DNA of 64,000 bases from NCBI GenBank assembly GCA_964270895.1, contig OZ185436.1; one strand, written 5' to 3'. This DNA is from Podarcis filfolensis (taxonomy: Eukaryota). This document shows positions 47,501-59,500 of this stretch, piece after piece (the first letter of the stretch is position 1; each line of letters begins with the position of its first letter). A program made the position numbers and the translations under genes. The notes under the pieces were generated by a model. The model had not been told where the DNA came from. It did not search any database and worked only from the letters and a program-made list of their open reading frames with translations.

Positions 47501-50500
47501 TTAAAAATATTGCTAGATGCACACCACGGAAAAAGTCAGGACTATGTACAAACTAAAGCAGCTAGAAGTCTGGAATCCACTCAGACTTTGGCTGCTGTTT
47601 AAGAATCATTTAAAGTACAAGCTTGTGGTTTTGCAACATCTGCACATGTGTGAATTACTGCTCTGTGCTCACCCCAGAGCCTCATTTGTTCAACCATGTG
47701 CATTCTGGGAGCATACGCCAAGCAGAAATGTTGCATGTTAGCCTAACTGCCTTGTCAGCATGCAATCATGCAAGCCAACTTACCCCGCTTAGTATTGCTT
47801 CATTGCTGAACGCTGTCATATATAGACAAACCTTGTGAGAAAATTAACAGCAAGGTTTATAGAACTGCTTAGTGCCACTGTGCGGGGAGAATGGAGGCCA
47901 CAGTTGTTCCTTAGCTGAATAGCACTAGGAAAGAGTCGCCCCTTTTCAGATGCTGTTTCCTAACTTGGAAGGCCTACATGCGTGCCAAGGGATCTCCTCT
48001 GAAGAAGTGAAGCTAGTGAGCAAGTAATAATTTTAAGGAGCTTGAGCACAAGGATGGTATCAGCTTGTGGTAGGCTATGGGAGATGCTTCCTTATGTCTC
48101 ACCTGAAGGCTCATAACAGTGAGCCTACGAGCATCATCGGAAGGAGCAATCACAGGAACCAGGTACGGGCTTTCCGGAATATGCTCATCGTTGAACTTGA
48201 TGGACACCTCGTAGTTACCTGGAAGAAATAAGAACTTTGCTAAGCAAGGAGGAATTGTTTTCGTGGTGTTTTGCTTCATTTCAACTTGCTAATACTTAAG
48301 ATATCCATACCAGGCTCTTGAGCAGTGTATGATACACCACACGATCCATCTTTATGGTCTTCAAAAGCAATTTCTGCCTTACTTGGTCCTTCTACTGCAA
48401 TGGAAAGACCTCCAGCTCCAGCTTCCCTTGTCCAGATGCTGAACTCAGCTGTTAAAAACAACAACCACACCCAGGAATTAGAAGCAGGCAAGTGACCCTC
48501 CAATCCCTTTGTGATATGGGGCTCTGCAACACAAGGCAGGGTCACTAGGCTTCCAGAAATGTGTTCTAGTGTTACAAGGTGTAAGCACCCTGTTCCAAGA
48601 TTACAGCTATCGTCCCCTCTCACTGCAAGGCCCTTAGACCCATGCCCATGTATTCAGATGAAATTTAGTGAAGGTCTTACCTGGGATACCTGCCTCTGCT
48701 CTTTCAAGTCCTGGACCGCCAGCTCTGACCTTATTGGCCCCTCCTTCACCAAGCGGCCCAACGGTAAACTGGAATGGACTGCCTGGCACATGCTGTCCTC
48801 TGTATTTCACATCAACATTATGGACCCCCATTTCTTGTGGTACAAAGCGGACACAGTACGTGTTTTTATCATGCTCTACTATTTCTGCATCTGTCATTCT
48901 CCCAGATGGGCTAGTGACCCGAGCTGACATGTCACCAATGTCGATTTCTAAAAAAAAAGGAACTGACCATTAATGGGGAGCAGGTAGATTTGGTTTCTAA
49001 ACATCTAAACATTGCCCAGTGCACGAGGGCAGAACTCCCCAGTATTTCAGTTGTTTTGAAACCTTCCCCATAGGAAACCCAGTCACCAAGTTTAGTTGAC
49101 TATACAACTGAGGTTCTTGGGATCTATTGGAAGTTCCAAAGTCAGCTGCTTTCAGATGTTTGAAATGCCCTCAAACATTACATGCTAAGTGGCCCTTGAG
49201 TGCACATTCGTCTATAGATCATACACCAAAACACTTTTACCTGGCAGACATTTGCTGGGAACCTGATGGAACTCAACTTCCCAGAACTGCAACCAGCAAA
49301 ACATAACTGACGATTAAGTGAGTGCATACCAAGCATTCACCTGTGCATGCAGAGTGTCAGATACATATATTAGGGACGAGCACATACTTATCAGTTCACC
49401 TCAAAAACCAAGAATCTTCACAAATCCAATTATTTTGTCACCCACCACCCTTGACAAGCAAGTCACGGTGTCTCCATTGACTGCAGAATGCAGAGTTAAG
49501 AGAGCTTGCAGCTGGTAATGAGAAATCAATACATTGCTCTTTGAGCCCCCACTATCCGTTTTTGAAACTATAGAATCTCTCAAATGAAATTAAAAGAGAA
49601 TACTTCAAAAGCTTTAAGCATATTAAGGGGCTCCCTTTACTTGCAAAATATGGAATTGGGACAGAGCCTCAACTGCACTCACACTGAGTCACAGGCATTC
49701 AAGTGTGGGGGATGAGTTAAATTTGAGCCCACTCCCCCCCCTTTTTTGAATGTTTACTTGATCAATGTATACAGCAGATGCACAATTCAGAAAGCAGTCT
49801 GCCTCTTTCTGAAGCACTTGACAAATGAATCAAGAATTGAATCACCCAACTTAAGTCCACTTCATCCCCCACACCAGTAACTACTGGGAAGTTAAAAAAA
49901 ACAACAACAACCTTTTCCTGTTGACAAAAGAGGATGGAATTTTCAGGCATAATAGACTCCTCCCACAACAGAGCAGATCAAATCTACCAAGTTACAGACA
50001 AATATGTCCAGGAAGGGTTGTGCTTAAGATTCTTTGAAGTTCTCTTAAAGGAAAGGAAAGGAAAGGAAAGGAGAAAGGAAGCAAGGAAGAAACTAATTTT
50101 ATTTGGGAACAGAGTTGGATTTAGTGCAGTGAACATCACCCTTTCTGAGAACTGATAGGAATTGGAATTCAACAATATCTGGAGGGCCACAGGCTCCATT
50201 ACTGACTGAGGGATTGTTACAGGTTTTCGTAACAAATACTTTTGCTGCTTACTTGCCATGCATTGTGCCTTAAAGCAGATTTTACTGAAGTATGTAATGC
50301 AGTTATAGAACAACCTCAGTACTACAACGTACCCACTACCCCTAAGGAGCCAGGTATGTAATACATCTGTAGATCCCATAGAAGGACTGATTGGAAACAC
50401 TGTTGTCTGGTGTTGGCTGGGTTTTTTGTGAAACTAGGACACCAAGATTCTCTCAATTGAGTCTGGCAGTTTTCCTTCTGCTCAACACACAGGAAAGTGG

Positions 50501-53500
50501 GAATGAACTGGTGTGAAACACGGGACAATCTCTCCAGACATATAGCCATTTGGAACCATGTAACTATGAGAAGGCAATAGGGGGAAAGAAAGGAAGAGAA
50601 GACAGGAAGACCAAGATTGATTAGAGCAGCAGAGAAAGAGACAGAAACAGACGTCAGAATATGTATTAAACTGAAACGGCATGCTGAATATATTCTGTAT
50701 ATTAGTGCATTCTATGAGCAAGATAGCATTTATTCTTTAACCAGCCAATTATTTTATGTGTCTCCCCCAGTTAGATCCACATGATACAGATCTCTATAGC
50801 AGCGACTACGCTCCTACCCTTCTAAAAATATGGCTGAAGGTAACTCAAGCATTACAGTACTCAAGGACAACCTTCTGAGATCATCCTAACACCCGTACTT
50901 CACACATAGCATGAATGAATGAATTCCCAGAACAGAATTTTTGGGCATATTGTTCTTCATCCAGTACTGCTGTGCTACAGTGAGTTAAGCCATGGTTTGG
51001 CTTAACATGTAGCCCAAACTCAAGCTCATGGTTTGTTTCCTCTAGACAAACCATAAACTGTGAAACCAGGAATAAACCTTGGTTAATAAAACAAATCTGG
51101 GTTCAGCCATGTGCTAAGTCAAATTGTGGCTTAGACTCAAGTAGATTGGCAGCAGGAGGAAGGTCTAAGAGGCAAAAATAATTGTATCATTTTGAATAGC
51201 CTGTGCATTCACCTTAAGTCCAGGTTTGGCTTAGCATTACACTGTGAACCAGGTCACTTGTTATGAGAACTGAGTCAGTGGGTGATGTGCTAGAAAGCAA
51301 AATTGAAATGCCACGGCTGCTTCATGGGGCCTAGGAAGAAATGGGCGTGAGTCCTACCATGCAAACAATGCCTTCCCTGATCTCTAGAATTATTTGGATA
51401 ACATTCCATTTTTAAATCTGATTGCAAAGAATGCCCAGAAGATTCAATGGCTTATTGGTTTATGGTTTCCAAAACAGTAAATGTATTAGTAGAACTAACT
51501 TACCTGGAATTTTTAAGTTAAGATCACACAAGCTTCCAACCGTGGCCACAGAAGGAGCCCGCCGAGTACGTGTAATGCTTTCCTTCACCCTTCCTTCCCC
51601 ACTTATTTTCACAGTGAATGGGCTCCCTGTAGTTAGTAGAGACAAAACAACATTGAGTTCGATCTATCAGTACAGAAGCATAAAGAATTTCACAGGAAAT
51701 AAAGTAGCATATCGTCTACTAATAGTTATTTCCACTACCATCTTAGAATTCTTTCCCACTGAGGAAGGCTGGACCGCTGCATTGTTAACTAAGCACATGA
51801 AGCATAAGACTTATCAGCGATGACCATCAAGGAAGTCCCATCTTCCTACACAGGTTAACTTGCTATTTACACACATTCAGCTTTACATGCTTCACGAATT
51901 TTAAATTAAAGGCGGGGCAGGTGTCCAGGGAAAAAAAGGCTTTGGCAATCCCACCCACCTATGACCCCAATGTATTTTGACTATACATGATTTTGGCTTT
52001 GCAAGCTACACCCTAGAACACAACCCCCATGTAAGTTGAGAGTCACCTGCACCAAACGAATATTCTAGTTTGAGTAGCAAAGAGATAAGTGTTACACTGC
52101 AGCAGGAGACAGCCCCTCAAACAAAAGCATCTTCAAGGTGCGCAAGAAGTTTATTATCCTGCCTTCCAAAATTTAGCAGTCAAGCTTCTTCAGGCATTTT
52201 CAGAACATGAAGGCCCTGGTGGGAAGCCTAGATAGTGTCCTATAGACTCTGCACTTATTACAAGAGGTTGGCGCTGATGGGGAAGTGGACCAGCAATGGC
52301 TCGCTTGCGTAGGCTTCTTTTCTCTTACCTGGGATGTGCTCATCAGCAAACTTAGTAGATACTATGTAGACACCAGGTACAGTTGGAAAGTACGAAACTC
52401 TGCAAGTTCCATCCTCTAGATCTTCTGTCTGGATATCTACTTTGCTAGGTCCTTCAACTGCCAGCGATATCCCACCATAACCTAGAAAAGAAAGCAGCTG
52501 GGGTGAGTGCAAGCAGTTGTGAAGAGCTCCAATGAGCACTGCCTAAATCTTGATGGACGGCTTTACGGATTGCAGTCATTGTATATTAACCATTACAAGT
52601 GAGCCAGCCATTTCAGCTCATGGTCACATATGGGATTTTGCTTGATAAGCTGCTTGTAGTATAGACCTGTGAGTTTCAACCTATATAAATTTGCAGATTG
52701 ACAGAGCATCCAAACCTGTTCTACATCATGGCAACCACAATTTACAAGTCAGAGGCAATTTTGTTCTGCTCAGTTGCTGTGATGATCAGAGAACGGCAAC
52801 AGCAGATCAACCACATCACAGGTGGGCAACCCGCAGCCCACAGGCATCCCTTAGATACTCTCTGGCAGCCCAGGAATCCCAGTACTGACCTGCATCTCTT
52901 GTATCTACAATGAAGTCACACATTTCAAACGTGCGTCCTTCGACCAAGCCACGTCCAGAAACCCTTGCTCTGCTCGCATCACCAATCTCAGACTGGACCA
53001 CCATAATGGACACCGGACTGTTGGGGACATGGCTCCCATTCTTCATAATACTGACCAGGTGCTCTCCCACCTCCCGTGGAATGAATGAGATACCTGCCAG
53101 ACAGAGGTTAGCAGCAAGACAAATTTGTAACTTCACACTTTATCTTTTTGCCCCCCTTCCTCCACACACATTGTCAAATCACAATACAGAACTGGAAGAT
53201 AGGTAAAGGTAAAGGTAAAGAGACCCCTGACCATTAGGTCCAGTTGTGACCCACTCTGGGGTTGCAGCGCTCATCTCGCTTTACTGGCTGAGGGAGCCGG
53301 CGTACAGCTTCCAGGTCATGTGGCCAGCATGACTAAGCTGCTTCTGGCGAACCAGAGCAGCGCACGGAAACGCCGTTTACCTTCCCACCGGAGCAGTACC
53401 CATTTATCTACTTGCACTTTGACGTGCTTTCGAACTGCTAGGTTGGCAGGAGCAGGGACCGAGCAACGGGAGCTCACCCCGTCGTGGGGATTCGAACCAC

Positions 53501-56500
53501 CGACCTTCTGATCGGCAAGTCCTAGGCTCTGTGGTTTAACCCACAGTGCCACCCACATCCCTGGAAGACAAATATTATTTGTGGCATCAAAATCCTACTC
53601 TAGCCACAAATTAAAAGTATTATTTGATTCCAACCGTGGCCCAGGCTCACAAGCTTCCCAAGAGCACCCTGCCAGCACCACACAACCAATACAGCAGCCT
53701 CCCTAGAAGATGATTAAGACTTACCAATGTGGTTATTGGGTAGCCTTTTCAGAAGACAAGGTTCATCTCGGCCAGATGGGGCTTTAATACTGGCTGTCAA
53801 GAGGCTAAGATCAGTCTCATTAATGTCTAACAGGAAGTCAGCAGCAGAGCCCAGTTTAACTTGAGATTGCTTCCTATTGTCATCTTTAAGAAGGAAAATT
53901 TCCCATTAGGACTTTGGATTAAAACACTACTAGGTATTAACATTACTGGATCTTAACATTCTGGGCAAACCATCCAAATTCCTCTCCACTTAAATTTACA
54001 AAGAAAGCATCGATGAGAATCAGAAGACATGTGTGCTGCTTACATATGCAAATTTATGCTCCACGAAACCAGGACTCTAGTGGACAGTAACTGGACAACA
54101 CTTGACAGCTCAGAAGTTATTGCAGGGAGCCTTTTGTTTCTGCAGTTCATACTAAATTACTGGGCAAAAGCCAGCTAAACACAACATGACTTCATCACAC
54201 AGCATGGTTAAAAACAAGTTGTCAGTTCTCCGTCTGCAGTCCACACAGAGTATGAGTAATTTTGTAAACTTTGTAAATATGTAAATTAATGCTAAATGCA
54301 ATGGATTGCAAACACAAAGCTTTTAGGCCCATCGTAGCTGTTTCAAGTGCTCCTCGTACCTGTGATTTTGGCAGTGAAAGGGCTTCCTGGGATGTGTTTG
54401 TCATTGTATTTGACTAATATACTGTAGTTTCCTGGAAGAGTTGGCAAGTAAGTCACGGTGCAAGTGCCATCCTTGTTATCAATGCAACTGATCTCTGCCT
54501 TGGAGGGACCTTCAATTGCTAGGTCCAAGCCACCTGTCACGGAGAAAAAAGTGTCACGGAGAAAAAAGTGCCACAAGAATTCTCAAACTTACATTTTTCA
54601 AGACATGGTCTGAAATAAAAATCAGTGAACTTCAATTAAGAACCAAGTTGCAGTTCCAGATGTGGGGAGCCCTGCTTGGATTGAGTACCACGGCTAGCCC
54701 TCTGAAGATTTCATTTGTCATATTCAAGTGATCTTCAAAAATGTTTTATTGGGAGTGAAAGCAAGCAAATTTGAATTAAGGGGAATTAAGTCTGTGTCAA
54801 ACTGACTGTGATCAGCTCTGAATTTCCTGCTGCAAACAAGGGGATGGACTACAAGGGCAGTAAGACGCTGGGTCCCAACACTATGGCTCTATACAGAAAC
54901 ATCTACGTTTCTCCTAAAGGAGGGTTCAGTGTCCAGAATCGTATTTGGATTTGCAGGTACACATCCAAGCTCAGCCACAAAGCTCACTTCGTGGCTTTGG
55001 GTAGCTCTCAGCCTAACCCATCATTAGGGTCACCATAATGTTAGATGGGACAGTTGTAACACATCATGTAATCTGCAAAATGCTTCAGAAGTACCATCTG
55101 TTAGTGATGCTATGTTGAACCACGCACTGGTATATTTATGGATCCCTAAAGTTACTGGGGAAACGAAGAAAATGATGAATTATTTCTATTCGCCCTCTAT
55201 GAAGTCTGATTACAGAATCCGCCTCGGAATTTAAATTTTGGGGCATGCTTACATGGAAGTTAAATATTGCACCAAAAAAATCAAACAGGATTCATGTCAA
55301 GTAAATTCTTCAGAGACTACGGAATAGACCACTTACCCTCACCAGCATCTTCTGTGACTATGGTAAAGGTTGCTGGCTTGTTTGCTACACCATAGACAAG
55401 GCCAGGTCCATAAGCAGTTACGTTTCCACTGTTGGGATAGTTCACATAGAACTGTAGAGGGCTCTCTGCAAAGGTTGAAAAACTATGCATAAACACACTT
55501 GAGATAGGATATTTAAATTATTTCAACATCTTTTTGTACATCTCTCCAAAGAGAACGAATATAAATTTGTGTGTTTACTCAGCAATTTAATACGTCTTAA
55601 GCTTGCACACACAATTTTTTTTCAGTTCTTCCCTATATTCCATTCCATATGACAGAGAATGCTATGTATTAAGACCCCTGCTATATAAGACCAAGATCTT
55701 ATATCCAGCATCCATTTGCCACAGTGGCTAACCAGATGCTTATCTAGGAAACCCACAAGCAGGAGGACATGGGGGCAATCGCTCTCTTGTGCTGCAGTTG
55801 TCCAGCCATTTATATATGGAGGCATGATGCCTCTGATGCTGGAGAGCCTTGCAAGAAATTAAATGCAAGATCCACTGTCAATCATGAGCATTTAGGAAAG
55901 TTTTCAAGCATCCTGCTCAGTTCCAGTAACTTTATCCTCCTCTGATTTCAGTGTTTCACTGGTTTCCATTTAGGTTTCACATTTATTCACCGCCCCAAAG
56001 TGTACTAGAGCACTCTAGAAAGCCTACTACTGCAAATAATGAACATATGCAGCACCCAACCCTCCACCAAAGTCTCCCACAGGAATTTGCCTTACACCTC
56101 CCAGCTTATACATCCACACAACAGGGACTCCAACCGTCCCGTGCAGTTGCTTTCTACCAGCAAGCAAACAGCAGGTCCTCAGTCATGCCCATGTAAAGGA
56201 TCCTATTCCTTACAAATTTATCAACTGGTTGCTGCCAGTGAAGTTTGAGTTTGCCAGAGGTTCACTAAGCCAGTCATCACGGAGCACATAAAAAAAGCCA
56301 ATGCTATTTTTTTTATAATAAAAAAAGTCCAGATTTATGCAGAGACTGTTCTTGTGGCTGGGACTTAACTGGCGCTTCTATTTCTAGCTCTGCCACAGGC
56401 TTCAAAGCTGAAATAGCTGAATGTGTCCCTGTCCCCAAAAAGCTATGAGCCGGCTCCAGTTTGTCTGGATGTGCCCCAGTTCAAGGAACAAAAAGCCCCT

Positions 56501-59500
56501 TTTGATATGGGAAGAAACCTGCAATGCCGCATCCAAGAGTAGATAGGGAGCTGTACACACAGGTAGCATGGAACAGGACATCCACCTCTTTCTGTTTTAT
56601 TTATTTAGAAAGCTGCTTAGTCACAAAACTCTTAAGTGATGTAATAAAAATTATTTGAGCAGTAGCACTACAGGTGCGGAAAGGCACCGAGAGTGACCCC
56701 CGAAGCACCAGCATGCCAAAGAGGAAAAATATCCATGCAGAATTCTTGGTTGTATCAATCCCAGTAAGCCAGGAGAATATGTATGCAAAAGCTGAACTAC
56801 CAGGGATTTGTCCATTTTCCCAGATAAAATTAATTGAAAATTCTTGCCAAGTAGTAAACCTTAAGCTAGCTAATAGTGTTGGCTTAAGAGAGGAGGCGGG
56901 GGAGGGGGGGAAGCCAGATGGATTGTATTCAGCTTTCATTTTTACAACTTCTCAATGAAGACGATGCATGTGTGTCAGCCAGCAAAAGTGGCGCAGGCAG
57001 TCAAAACTGGCAGTGTAAGTACTTCACTAGGAAATTGGGCTGAGCTCTTTATAGCTTGATCCTTTCCACAGATTATAGTTTAAGCAAAGGAGGCCTAATA
57101 TTTTACACATGCATTTCAAAACTTTTTCTCAATTCTAGTTGTAGTACCTCCTCACTAAAATAAGTTAATTGTAAGTTCCAAGCTAACTGCAAAAGTAAGG
57201 CCACAAAACTCTGTCCACAAAAGCCAAATCTGTTTTAAGTCTGGCACAGGCTGTAAACCCACTAAGAATTCCTCCTGCCTTCACTCAGCTGCCATCGCCA
57301 TACAAGACATGCAATAAACCCTAGACCAAGGCAACTCATAGGACTGAAGTGTCCACAATTGAAGAAAAAGTGTGAATAAATGAAGCCCTCAACAACGGCA
57401 AATGCAGCAAATCAACAAGAGCTGAGTTCTTGTAACATAACGTAGTGCTGATTTGAGATCAGCTGGCACTCACCTGGAATATGACTGCCCATGTATTTGA
57501 TATGCATTTCATGCAATCCAACCTCAACAGGGGCATAGCTGACGGTTACAGTGCCATCCTTGTTATCAACAATATCTGCTGGTGCAGTCTTCCCCGAGGG
57601 CATGTGAACTTCCCCTGAAAACACAAGGCTCAAACTGAATTCAAACTGCACAATACTTCAAAAAGCAAAGCCATGTGTTTTGGTGTTTTCACACTCAAAT
57701 CCGCATGGTATTGGGGCCCTCCTTTCACTCATATAAACAGGGGAGGGGGAGGTTATACAAAGGTGCAAAGGTTTCCCTGCATTTCTTTGAAAGCACTTCC
57801 AAAAATTCTCCTGCATTAAGGCTTGGAGATCCATTTACTCTTCTGATAATGACCAGAATATAACATGCTAATATTCTTTAACACAAGTCGTGTCCTTGAA
57901 GGTTGGCTTAGACAGACAAAATCCATAAAGCCATCAAGGTCTGGTGGCATCTACAACTCTCTATAGAGTTTGCCATGGCCGGCCAAAGCTGACTGTTTTC
58001 TTTTTTTTTTTTTAATATAAATATTTATTAGATTTTCCAATTTTATGCAAACACAAAAAGAAAAAGAAAAATATTAAAAACAAGTCAATTTCAGTAACAA
58101 TTTTTCAATAACATGTTTCTTTGACTTCCTCATACCTCCCCTTCTTGTTTTCTATTTCAAATTGTTAATCCAGCAAATCCTAATCTCTTAACATTTCTTT
58201 TAATTAACACCTTATTTCCCAATCAACTTTTTAAATTTTATGACTTAAACAATTTTAATCCCTATTATCTTTATCATAGCAGCTAGAAACCACAAAAATT
58301 CAATCCAGCATCTTTTCAGAGTTCATTAATTTTGTAATATTTCTGTAAATAATCCTTAAATTTCTTCCAATCTTCTTCTGCCGACTCTTCTCCCTGGTCG
58401 CGGATTCTGCCAGTCATTTCTGCCAGTCCCATACAGTCGATCAAAGCTGACTGTTTTCAAGCTCAGGACCGCAATACCTCAAGGACAGCCTTTCCCCATA
58501 TGAACCTACCCGGACCTTGCAATCATGATCAAAGGCCCTCCTCTGTGTGTCTCCTCCATAAGAGATCTGGAGGGCAGCAACATGAGAAAGGCCTTTCCTG
58601 CAGTGGCTTTCCACTTGTGGAATGCTCTTCCCCAGGGAGGTTCGCCTGGCACTTTCATTGTAACACCTTCAGACACCAGGGGAAAATGTTCCTCTTCAAC
58701 CAGACTTTTGGCTAATTAAACAATCTATGGCCTTTTAAACAGTGTAGGGGTGGGGTATTATTATCAGGCGCTTTGGTTTTAGCATTTTGTGCAAGGCTTT
58801 TTCTTGTTTTTGTTGTGAACAGCCCTGAGATCTATGGATGAAGGGTGGTATTCAGATTCAATAAATAACAATAATGAATTGCTATGGTATATATTTTTGT
58901 TTTTTTATATTGTGAACCGCTCCATGATCCTCGGATGAAGGGCAATATAGAAATTCAATAAATAATAATCGAAGGCCCCAATGAATAGCTGTTGCTCTGG
59001 ATGATGCTTAAGAGCAGATTAAATAGACTTGCGCAGTGGGGCACAAGGACAGGACAATCATGGCTACTCTAGGAGAGCTTCATTTTTATCTCCTCCCAGC
59101 TCTGCTAAGGCCAGACAATAGCGCAATCTTTTTGGAATATTATATTGCAGGGTGAAATCTATGCTTCTATTACAATGTATTACAAAGCTAAACTACTGAG
59201 CCATGCAAGGGGCACTCATAAGACAGGTGGGGGCAAGATATTTTCCTTGACATTAACTAAGCGATGGAGACTCTGTGGCTCTCCAGATGTTGCCTCTAAC
59301 CCACATCAGCCCCAACCAGCTGTCAGGGACTGTGAGAGTTAAGAGCCCAACATCTGGAGGGCCACAGGGTCCTCACCACTGCTTTAAAGAGAGTCATCAA
59401 CTGTGTGCTGAAAGCTTGTTTACCAGTTATTTCTCCTTTTCTTACTGCGAAAGGAATGACCATATCAAAGGGCTTAAACCCAAGACCATTCATGTCACCA

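Noticed and set aside
47660-47850. Partial complements of the FLNB editing site (gctcaccccagagcctca at about 47667; aaccttgtgaga at about 47829) as editing complementary sequence
   Set aside because: The pairing is short and gapped and leaves the target adenosine unpaired or bulged. It needs computational folding.
7660-53568. Both Sauria SINE TSDs contain CTGGAA
   Set aside because: The motif is in opposite orientation relative to the two elements and there are only two cases, so no target preference can be claimed.
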